A stretch of 64,000 nucleotides of DNA. Source: Thermoplasmatota archaeon (GTDB lineage: Archaea > Thermoplasmatota > Thermoplasmata > Thermoplasmatales > Thermoplasmataceae). Below are positions 9,147-16,560 of this stretch, in pieces. How positions within the stretch are numbered: position 1 is the first letter of the stretch; the number at the start of each line of letters is the position of its first letter. The stretch spans positions 372 through 64,371 of the forward strand of contig JAMCUH010000050.1 in assembly GCA_023379435.1 (NCBI GenBank), read 5' to 3'. A model generated the notes under the pieces. It saw nothing but the letters and a program-made list of their open reading frames with translations, was not told where the DNA came from and searched no databases. The position numbers and the translations under genes are program-made.

Positions 9147-11975
9147 CTATATCACCTTCAGATTTACTGACAGAACATGGAGATTGATGGATGGGGGTGA
9201 CGGGGGGACAAAAGATGGCCCTCCCACTGTCAGATCTATGTTCACCACTGTACCGGTAAAATAGAAGTAATCATCAAGATAGAGAGATGTGATGTTCCCT
9301 CTGGAAGACCAGTTGAACCCGACCGTTTGGGAATCTATACTCATGCCATGAACGGGACTCAAATTGGCGTCAACGGTTCCCCCTGTAATTATTGTGTCTT
9401 TACTCAGCAGGCCGCTGAAACCTATGGTCCAGAAACCGGTTGTTGAGTTCTTTTCCTCCAGCACTGACTGCTCTGACACATTTGATCTGCTTACGTTAAA
9501 ATAAAAGCTCCCCTGTGGATCTGACAGGTTAAGGATGGTTTTCTCGGAGAAATCGTGATCAAGGTGATCAATGGTAAAATTTACGTAAATTACGCCATGT
9601 TGCGCGAGTTCATACCTGCTGTAGAGACCTGTGATGTTGGATACTCTCATAATATGGGATATGGAGTAATTCCATTCAACGGAAGCATTTCCGTGAATTA
9701 GAATCTCATATGGCACAAGTGCTATGTCTGTTTCATTGTTTCCACGAAGTGCGATTGAGACGTTCTTTTCAAGAAAACTCTCGTTAAAGTATGTAAAGTT
9801 GAACGCGCCGTAATAACCGGTGTAGTTGTACAGCGTTCCATCTGCAGAAATATAATATTCCATCACCATTGGGAGAATACTATCTGTCAGGTTCATGTAC
9901 TTGACCGGTACCTGCAGTGGAAGACCCAATGTACTGTTGAATGAATTATAAGCATCCAGTGAGTCAGTGAAGTCTGCCTTCGCTCTCATGTGTGCTGTAA
10001 CTTCAATGGAAGAACTGGGTTGAATTGAAATGATGCTACCGTTATAGTAGAACATCTCCGGAAGCATCTCATAGTTTCCCACCGGGAGGTTGAACACCTT
10101 CCCGTATCCGGTTGAATTCGTCGAACCCACATAATAATAGACCTGGCCGAGAATATTGAAATACGATACAAAGCTCGTGTTTACAATGGGTTGATTATTT
10201 TCCTTGAAGAAAATTGTCAGGTTGTAATAACTGCCAGGTTCCGTTATGGTTCCATTCTCGCCTGACAGGCATGATTGGATCTGAGCGGGAGAATGATCTG
10301 GGAGACCATAGTCTGGCATGTCCTTCATGGGCGAAATAGAAGTGAGATTTGTTGAGAACCTCTGCTCAGGTGTAAGATTTATGGTGATGGTAATGTTTTT
10401 CGAAATATCCAAGACGCCAGTTCCATTCGGGTAATAATCAGGGTACGATGCATTTATACTGTAGTTTCCGGCAATTATGGAGAAGTTAGCAACACCTGCT
10501 CCATACGGAGCAGTCATGTTAAATGCCACAACTGATCCTGTGCTCTCGTATATGAGGGAAACAGATGCATTGTTTATATATGCATGATCGAGGGAATTTC
10601 TTACATAGACATGAAGTGTGATGGTATGGTTCGAGATAGGCACCAGAGAAAAGTTTAGATAATTGGTATATGAATTGAGCGAGACATTCAGGATCCTTGA
10701 CCGGAAATCTGCGCTTCTCACAAGAATGTGATAGTTTCCCGGATAACTAAAATATGTCTTATAGAAACCGCTGGAATTGGTCCTAACATTTGTACCGTAG
10801 AGAGTACCGTTGCTGTTGACTGCAAATATCATGGATGTGAAAGCGACGGGGATTTTCGTGTTATTCACCGTTACGTTACCTTCAAGGATGTAATGCCCTG
10901 GCTTGCCGTAATTTACATCCGATGTATAGTTTTTGAGCTGATCAAGAACACCTGTGTTATTGCAGGAAAACGAGTTGTTCCCAAGGGGGTTGATACTCAG
11001 GAGTGTAATGTTGTGATCATTCAAGGTAGAATTAACGAAGAGAAACGAGGAGTTTGTGATATATCCCTGGTGCGATGCGTTAATAATCCCGGGACCGCCA
11101 GGTATACTCATATAGTAGAAGCCAGTCCTGTTGGTCAGGACTGTTCCCTGAACGTTCGAATCTGATACAACTGCAGATGCCACAGGGTTCCCAGCTTTAT
11201 TTTTCACGTAACCGGAAACGTTGTAGTAATTCTCCAGTGAATAAATGGTAATATTCTGCTTCTCCGACAACGTTAGGTTGATCCTGGATGGGGCAGGTAT
11301 TGTTATGTAACCTTTCTTATACACCGTCAAAGCGTAGCTGTCCTCATACAGCGACATGGAGAAATATCCGTTGGAGCCGGATTCATGCGATGAACTCCCG
11401 AAAAAAAAGCCTGTGAGGTTCATTACAACTCCCGGAACAACCTTACCGGTGGACGAAACGGTATACCCGGAAAGATTCATGGGCGTTTCTGGATTAAGAA
11501 AGATGTTCTTGTGCACAGTACCGCCGTTAAGCGAGAAATTCTCCTGTAACCTGCTGAATCCTGGCACCTTGAACATGAGATCAACATGACCTTCCACACA
11601 TACATCGATTGTGTAATGACCGCTTGATGATATTGGAACCTCTGTGTATACAGGAGAGGCAAATGCATAGAAATTGCCTCCTGACAGGGGCTTGTCAGAC
11701 GAAGCGTTAAAAACGGTTCCGGTAATGGATGTTCTTCCCACAGATGTTAACGTGAAATTATAAACTGATGATCCGTTAAGCCCATAGTTCATTGAATCCA
11801 TGTAACTGGGTTCAACGTACTGCGGATCAAAAAAACTGCTCACATTTTTCGGGCTCACAGTGACAGGTGGATGTGCCTGAATTGGCCCGGTGGGATAGTC
11901 AGGACTTATGTAGTAAAAAACCATGGAGAGAACCAGAACTCCCACCAATATCACTGCAACTGATCTCTTGTTCAC
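9147..11975 (-). CDS. Large N-terminally anchored extracellular protein with carboxypeptidase-regulatory-like beta-sandwich repeats; probable heavily N-glycosylated surface protein
   Basis: The 942-aa protein has a GTG start and an N-terminal signal-anchor (KRSVAVILVGVLVLSMVFYYI). It has at least four modules of the type (I/V)-(T/S)-G-x-V-x(4-8)-P-(V/L)-x-(G/A)-x-V...G-(Y/F)-Y. Examples are VSGYVKNKAGNPVASAVVSDSNVQGTVLTNRTGFYYMSIPGG and LEGNVTVNNTKIPVAF...SSGFYKTYFSYPGNYHILV. I hand-count about 57 N-x-S/T sequons, against 8 in the 1,199-aa RpoB of the same window. Confidence 0.8.
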   Translation of the reverse strand: MNKRSVAVILVGVLVLSMVFYYISPDYPTGPIQAHPPVTVSPKNVSSFFDPQYVEPSYMDSMNYGLNGSSVYNFTLTSVGRTSITGTVFNASSDKPLSGGNFYAFASPVYTEVPISSSGHYTIDVCVEGHVDLMFKVPGFSRLQENFSLNGGTVHKNIFLNPETPMNLSGYTVSSTGKVVPGVVMNLTGFFFGSSSHESGSNGYFSMSLYEDSYALTVYKKGYITIPAPSRINLTLSEKQNITIYSLENYYNVSGYVKNKAGNPVASAVVSDSNVQGTVLTNRTGFYYMSIPGGPGIINASHQGYITNSSFLFVNSTLNDHNITLLSINPLGNNSFSCNNTGVLDQLKNYTSDVNYGKPGHYILEGNVTVNNTKIPVAFTSMIFAVNSNGTLYGTNVRTNSSGFYKTYFSYPGNYHILVRSADFRSRILNVSLNSYTNYLNFSLVPISNHTITLHVYVRNSLDHAYINNASVSLIYESTGSVVAFNMTAPYGAGVANFSIIAGNYSINASYPDYYPNGTGVLDISKNITITINLTPEQRFSTNLTSISPMKDMPDYGLPDHSPAQIQSCLSGENGTITEPGSYYNLTIFFKENNQPIVNTSFVSYFNILGQVYYYVGSTNSTGYGKVFNLPVGNYEMLPEMFYYNGSIISIQPSSSIEVTAHMRAKADFTDSLDAYNSFNSTLGLPLQVPVKYMNLTDSILPMVMEYYISADGTLYNYTGYYGAFNFTYFNESFLEKNVSIALRGNNETDIALVPYEILIHGNASVEWNYSISHIMRVSNITGLYSRYELAQHGVIYVNFTIDHLDHDFSEKTILNLSDPQGSFYFNVSRSNVSEQSVLEEKNSTTGFWTIGFSGLLSKDTIITGGTVDANLSPVHGMSIDSQTVGFNWSSRGNITSLYLDDYFYFTGTVVNIDLTVGGPSFVPPSPPSINLHVLSVNLKVI

Positions 11976-11995
11976 GCACTCGAAATAAGTCAGAC

Positions 11996-12010
11996 AATAT
12001 ATTTAAAATT
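11996..12010 (-). promoter_or_regulatory. Putative TATA box for the surface-protein/MoxR operon
   Basis: The minus strand reads AATTTTAAATATATT, centred about 28 nt upstream of the GTG start at 11975. This implies a leaderless or near-leaderless transcript. It lies in the 52-nt gap after the arcS stop. Confidence 0.35.
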
Positions 12011-12027
12011 ACCTAATATGGTTCCGT

Positions 12028-13581
12028 TTAGTTTCTTACCTTTACTGCAACTCCTTTCTTGAGATTGAGCATAAATGGAGCAGGCATCTTGGCCACGCCC
12101 ACGCCTCTGACTTCATGATCATATGCGATTGCAACCTCATCCTCCTGCCTGATATCTTCTGTAACTGCCTTAACCCCGACAGCATATATGTTTGCCGTAG
12201 GTTTAAAGTCATCAATTGTGACTGTGAATCGTCCCATTTCAACGAAATTCACAGCCATGGCCCTTGTCACGGAGAGTTTTCCAGTTCTTTCATTATGGAC
12301 CAGCATAGCCTTTCCTCCAAGTGTTAGCATGTCCTGGTTGTAGCTTCTGGTGTATCTCATGGAAGCAATGAGGGGTTCGATCCAGTCCCCAAACTGGAAT
12401 CTTGCCATGGACTTTAGCCGGGAAATATGTTCGTTCTGAACCGTTTCCTTCAATAACACCTCTTTGGAAAGCTCGTTCTCAAGCATATCCAACATTTCAC
12501 CATTCCTTATTCTGCCCTTAATAATTGTGCTTCCATTTGGAAGCGAGTCCTCGATGAAGGAAAGATCATCCTGTATGTATGCTATCACCTTCGCATAACT
12601 GTTTCTTCTGAAATATGATCTGAGCATATCTCTTATGATCATTTTCTCATCCTCAAACCATTCTCCGATCACAGGGATGTCATAAAACCTTGCAGGGTAC
12701 ATCCCCTCCAGTTCCTCCGGTACAAGACCTACAGGTGAAGTAACAACAACACGATGCACGGAAGTCAAATATTTTCCTATTCTGCCAATGATCCTCCTGT
12801 GAAGGCTCGAAGCGGAGTAAGGCTTCCTGGCTGAGCAGGGCAATAGTAGACAGATCTCCTTTCCCTCAGGCCTCCTGTATTCATTAGAAATTTTTTCCCT
12901 GTATTTCCTGAGGTCTGGTCTATTGAGTGATATTATTCCATTTGCCTTTATGTACGGAGTCCTGGAAGGAAAATATCTTTCACTTTCAGCGGGAAAGTAA
13001 ATGTCAAGTGACCTGATTATTTCGACAGCCTTTGAACTGAACTGGTACTTCTCCACAACTTCCCTCAGTGTTTGGGATGCAATGGCCTTTCTGAGCGAAG
13101 AAAGCATTTCATCGAGGAAAGCCATGTTGGCTGAAAGCGTTTCCTTATCCTTGAGAGAACCAAGAACCGTGTATCGAGTGCCCCTCATGCTTTGGTTTCT
13201 CACAAGTGCATCGTCAAACAGAGATATCCCGGCATAAACAAGGGCGGGAATAAGGTACGGTTCACCTATGGAAGGTGCATATATCAGTGGGAGGTTCCCC
13301 AATTCCTTTCTTATCAGGAATATTCTTTGAAGAAGTTTTTTAGGCCTCATAACAAGTGAAATGGCATCAGGAATGACGCAGATCTCTCCGCTATCATCCA
13401 CGTAATAATTTTTCATGTTTATGTTTGATATGATGCCATCAGTGTTTACACTTCTCCCAAGTACATGAAGAATACCGTTACGTGTTTCAATGTCTTTCGT
13501 AGTATCCAGGACAGCAGGGTATTCCAGACCGTCCAGGTCTCCAGTCCGGGCAAAACAGAAGATTGAGTTGTCCTTGATCAT
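12028..13581 (-). CDS. arcS: Archaeosine synthase ArcS (TGT-like/DUF5591 protein with C-terminal PUA domain)
   Basis: It contains the ArcS signature P-C-x3-K-P-Y-x2-S-x2-H as LLLPCSARKPYSASSLHRR. The C-terminal PUA-like segment is FTVTIDDFKPTANIYAVGVKAVTEDIRQEDEVAIAYDHEVRGVGVAKM. Confidence 0.75.
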   Translation of the reverse strand: MIKDNSIFCFARTGDLDGLEYPAVLDTTKDIETRNGILHVLGRSVNTDGIISNINMKNYYVDDSGEICVIPDAISLVMRPKKLLQRIFLIRKELGNLPLIYAPSIGEPYLIPALVYAGISLFDDALVRNQSMRGTRYTVLGSLKDKETLSANMAFLDEMLSSLRKAIASQTLREVVEKYQFSSKAVEIIRSLDIYFPAESERYFPSRTPYIKANGIISLNRPDLRKYREKISNEYRRPEGKEICLLLPCSARKPYSASSLHRRIIGRIGKYLTSVHRVVVTSPVGLVPEELEGMYPARFYDIPVIGEWFEDEKMIIRDMLRSYFRRNSYAKVIAYIQDDLSFIEDSLPNGSTIIKGRIRNGEMLDMLENELSKEVLLKETVQNEHISRLKSMARFQFGDWIEPLIASMRYTRSYNQDMLTLGGKAMLVHNERTGKLSVTRAMAVNFVEMGRFTVTIDDFKPTANIYAVGVKAVTEDIRQEDEVAIAYDHEVRGVGVAKMPAPFMLNLKKGVAVKVRN

Positions 13582-13928
13582 TGGAGGTTAATCACACTGT
13601 CAATATATCTAGTTGCACATGAATGCATGGGATATATCGTTAATAAAACAGCCCTGTTTCCGTGTATTTATGCTGAAGAGATTGAAATAGAAAAAATTTC
13701 ACGGATAATGTGGTGAACGAGTGCCTACGGGAAAATGCCCCGCTTCAAATGTGATCTGTCATCAGCATATCCTTCCTTGCACTGAATTGGAAATCCTAGT
13801 CAGTATTTAGGATAACACATATGGTGTATGCACGTCCGATGGCGAACATTAATTAACGGCGATTCATTTGACCTACAGAGCTGGTTTAGTTAACATAAGA
13901 CAAGCATGTTTATGAGAGTAGATACCAA

Positions 13929-14525
13929 ATGAAAAATAACAATAACGGTCAGGAAAAGGAGAAATGGGTTTTACCGGGTGATTTTATTGCCAACGCTGAG
14001 GAGTACCTTCCAGGTCAGAATGCCATGGAGCTAGATGGATCGATCGTATCTCTTGCATCCGGTTCGGTGGTGAAAGATGACCGGAGACTTGTTGTTTCCG
14101 TTATCACGGATAGAAAAATGCCAAAGATTAGAATCGATGATATCGTCTACGGACAGGTAACAAAGGCGGACAGGGGAAAATATAAGATGAAGGCTGGAGT
14201 TCTTGTTGATAGGGAGACCGGTGACCTAGTGGAGATCAACAGGGACGCAAACATTCACATTGAGGGCTCTAGGGACAGCGCCCTTGCACCAGTAAGGGTG
14301 GGTGATTACGTGAGAGCCAGAGTGATAAATGTAAGAAGGGATATAGATGTGTCCATAGGTGGAAAACACCTTGGCGTGGTGATGGGCATGTGCAGTAAGT
14401 GCAGGAATCCTCTTGTGCTTAAGGGAAAGACCCTCTACTGTCCAAACTGCGAAACCACCGAAACGAGAAAAATTGCAGACGATTTTGGAAAGGTGTATAT
14501 GAATGGTGAGAAACATGAAAGTTGA
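13929..14525 (+). CDS. csl4: Exosome complex RNA-binding subunit Csl4
   Basis: The N-terminal domain begins VLPGDFIANAEEYLPG. The S1-like core is VYGQVTKADRGKYKMKAGVL...VGDYVRARVINV. The C-terminal zinc ribbon is CSKCRNPLVLKGKTLYCPNCET. This architecture is typical of archaeal Csl4. Confidence 0.8.
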   Translation: MKNNNNGQEKEKWVLPGDFIANAEEYLPGQNAMELDGSIVSLASGSVVKDDRRLVVSVITDRKMPKIRIDDIVYGQVTKADRGKYKMKAGVLVDRETGDLVEINRDANIHIEGSRDSALAPVRVGDYVRARVINVRRDIDVSIGGKHLGVVMGMCSKCRNPLVLKGKTLYCPNCETTETRKIADDFGKVYMNGEKHES

Positions 14526-14673
14526 CAATGGAAGAACTGAAAAGGTAGAGAGACTGTCAAACGAAATAAAGGGTATGAGAAGGGAGATCGATGATCTCAA
14601 GGAAGTGTTGAGAGGCCTTATTCAGGTAATAATGAGCAGAGAGGGATCCCTGGATGACGAGGAATACAACTGA
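14515..14673 (+). CDS. Unannotated 52-codon ORF, predicted coiled-coil micro-protein
   Basis: It falls below the ORF-track size cut-off. The ATG at 14515 overlaps the end of csl4 (stop 14523-14525), and its TGA at 14671-14673 lies 9 nt before the Sm ATG. The translation is MKVDNGRTEKVERLSNEIKGMRREIDDLKEVLRGLIQVIMSREGSLDDEEYN. It has heptad-like charged/hydrophobic spacing and exactly fills an otherwise unexplained 157-nt gap. Confidence 0.4.
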   Translation: MKVDNGRTEKVERLSNEIKGMRREIDDLKEVLRGLIQVIMSREGSLDDEEYN

Positions 14674-14682
14674 GGTGCCCTG

Positions 14683-14898
14683 ATGGTTATACCGATGAAA
14701 ATGCTTGAGGAAAACATAAACAGAAAGGTTTCTCTTCTACTGAAGGACAACAGGATCCTTGAAGGTACCCTATCTGGTTACGATGAGCACATGAATATGG
14801 TGCTTGATGAAGCGGAAGAAAGTTCCCAGGATTCAAAGAGGAGGCTTGGCACTGTCGTAATCAGGGGAAGCAATATTGTAAGAATATCACCGGAATAA
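14683..14898 (+). CDS. Sm-like (LSm) archaeal RNA-binding protein
   Basis: Both the Sm1 and Sm2 motifs are present: VSLLLKDNRILEGTLSGYDEHMNMVLDEAEE ... RRLGTVVIRGSNIVRISP. Confidence 0.9.
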   Translation: MVIPMKMLEENINRKVSLLLKDNRILEGTLSGYDEHMNMVLDEAEESSQDSKRRLGTVVIRGSNIVRISPE

Positions 14899-15062
14899 TG
14901 ATCTCCTGTTAGTGCTGACAGGAATCACATCTGCATCTTTGACTGGCAGAGACAGTGGGTTATCGTGATGTTTAATGACCGCTCATGATGAGGATCCCCT
15001 CATTTCAGATTTATCGTAACCATAAACGAAATACAAATGATAATTCTATTCCCTTTTTCCAG

Positions 15063-16082
15063 TTATGAGTTCATGAAGATATCCTTCTCCATCATGGACC
15101 TGAGTGACTTCAGTCCTGATGGCTGGAATATTCCGTACTCTGTTATGAAACCGGAAACATATTTGCTCGGTGTAACATCAAACGCCGGATTCCTCGACCT
15201 GCTGAGTTCCGGAGTAAACCTGTTTCCTGCGAATTCCAAAACCTCCTCCTCACCCCTTTCCTCAATGGGTATGAGATCTCCATTTGGAAGAGAGAAATCG
15301 AAGGTGCTCCCTGGGGCGGCAACGTAGAATGGTATACCGTTTTCCTTGGCCAGAACGGCCTTCTCATATGTTCCAATTTTATTGGCAAAATCCCCGTTTG
15401 AGGCAATCCTGTCTGCGCCCACTATTACGAGATCTACGTCGCCATTGCGCATGAAATAACCGGCCGCATTATCTGCTATGATATAATGTTCAATCCCTTC
15501 CTGTGCAAGCTCCCAGGCAGTGAGTCTTGCCCCCTGCAGCCTGGGTCTTGTTTCGTCAACAAAGACCGTTATCTTCTTTCCGGCGTTGTGAGCAATCCTC
15601 ATTGGTGCAAGAGCGGTCCCCCAGTCAACAACTGCAAGCGCTCCGGCGTTGCAGTGGGTGAGTATTCTTGAGTTGTCCCTTATGAGCTCATTTCCAATCT
15701 CGCCGATCTTTTTGCACCTTCCGGTTATCTCCATTCCATACCTTCTGGCAGCTGACTCAAGAAATTCATTTTTTTTCATGAAGGAGATGGCCTTGAACAG
15801 ATCGTATGCTGTGGGTCTGGTTTCACTTATCCTCTTCATTGCCAGTTCCATATCCTCGCCGTTTGCCTTGGCCATGGAGAGACCATATGCTGCAGCCACT
15901 CCAATGGCAGGTGCACCTCTTATAACCATATTCTTGATGGAGAATGCTATGTCTTCACTGTTTCTAGCGGTAAAAATATCAAGCTTTTCTGGAAGTTTTC
16001 TCTGGTCTATCATCCTGACTTCCTTCCCTTCCACCCAGATGGCAGCAAAATGTCTCTGCTTTCCTTCCACCTCAATGTTCAT
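15063..16082 (-). CDS. mtnA: eIF-2B alpha/beta/delta-family protein, methylthioribose-1-phosphate isomerase-like (aIF-2BI/MtnA)
   Basis: Motifs seen are IRGAPAIGVAAAYG, ILTHCNAGALA, VFVDETRPRLQGARLTAWEL, VGADRIASNGDFANKIGTY and NPAFDVTP. All are characteristic of the MtnA subgroup. Confidence 0.75.
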   Translation of the reverse strand: MNIEVEGKQRHFAAIWVEGKEVRMIDQRKLPEKLDIFTARNSEDIAFSIKNMVIRGAPAIGVAAAYGLSMAKANGEDMELAMKRISETRPTAYDLFKAISFMKKNEFLESAARRYGMEITGRCKKIGEIGNELIRDNSRILTHCNAGALAVVDWGTALAPMRIAHNAGKKITVFVDETRPRLQGARLTAWELAQEGIEHYIIADNAAGYFMRNGDVDLVIVGADRIASNGDFANKIGTYEKAVLAKENGIPFYVAAPGSTFDFSLPNGDLIPIEERGEEEVLEFAGNRFTPELSRSRNPAFDVTPSKYVSGFITEYGIFQPSGLKSLRSMMEKDIFMNS

Positions 16083-16177
16083 GAAAGAAGAAATGCTTAG
16101 CGATTATAAAATAATAATCAGAAACTCTGTAACATCTGAACAGATGATGTTATGAAGATCTGCCCAATGTTTATATG

Positions 16178-16186
16178 TTTATATAA
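16178..16186 (+). promoter_or_regulatory. TATA box upstream of tRNA-Lys (and possibly the RNAP operon)
   Basis: TTTATATAA is centred about 23 nt upstream of tRNA position 1 (16205). A second overlapping TATA-like copy (TTATATG) lies just 5' of it. Confidence 0.5.
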
Positions 16187-16204
16187 GATGAGGGGCTTCG
16201 AAGC

Positions 16205-16278
16205 GGGCCCGTAGCTCAGCCAGGTAGAGCATCTGGCTTTTAACCAGGTGGTCGGGGGTTCGAACCCCCCCGGGCCCG
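16205..16278 (+). tRNA. tRNA-Lys (anticodon UUU)
   Basis: A hand-folded cloverleaf works. The acceptor is GGGCCCG/CGGGCCC and the D stem GCTC/GAGC. The anticodon stem is TCTGG/CCAGG with loop CTTTTAA. The T arm is GGGGG-TTCGAAC-CCCCC and the discriminator is G. There is no intron and no encoded CCA. Confidence 0.95.
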
Positions 16279-16293
16279 TGAGAAGGTGAAAAT

Positions 16294-16560
16294 ATGGGAA
16301 AATTCAACGTGCTTAACCATGAGCTTGTCCCAGAGCATTATGTTCTGGATTCCAAGGAAGAGGAAAAGGTTTTAAGGGAACTGGGAATAACCAAGGACTT
16401 GTTACCAAAAATAAACAAGTCTGATCCGGCCATTATTGCATTGGAACAGAGCCACGGGGATATCAATCCCGGTTCTGTCATTAAAATTGTTAGGAAGAGT
16501 CCTACCGCCGGCATCTCTGTTTATTACAGAGTGGTAGTGAGTGGGGAGACAGTAAGATGA
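16294..16560 (+). CDS. rpoH: DNA-directed RNA polymerase subunit H (Rpo5)
   Basis: The 88-aa protein reads [36 protein letters not shown]...DPAIIAL...[14 protein letters not shown], the typical RpoH/RPB5 C-domain. It is the first gene of the rpoH-B-A'-A'' operon. A GGTGA Shine-Dalgarno-like element lies 5 nt upstream of the ATG. Confidence 0.9.
   Translation: MGKFNVLNHELVPEHYVLDSKEEEKVLRELGITKDLLPKINKSDPAIIALEQSHGDINPGSVIKIVRKSPTAGISVYYRVVVSGETVR

Noticed and set aside
13582-13928. The 347-nt arcS/csl4 divergent spacer was examined for a small RNA. A CTGATGA box-like element lies on the minus strand near 13758.
   Set aside because: No downstream D/D' (CUGA) boxes occur at the right spacing and the first base is non-canonical. 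No tRNA-like or other fold was recognisable. It is most simply two divergent promoters.
14988-15003. A perfect 6-bp palindrome ATGAGG-ATCC-CCTCAT in the convergent Sm/mtnA spacer, preceded by ATGATGA. I considered a terminator hairpin or a C-box.
   Set aside because: It is too short to be significant on its own, has no partner D box and is not followed by an oligo-T tract. It is noted only as a possible minor structural element.
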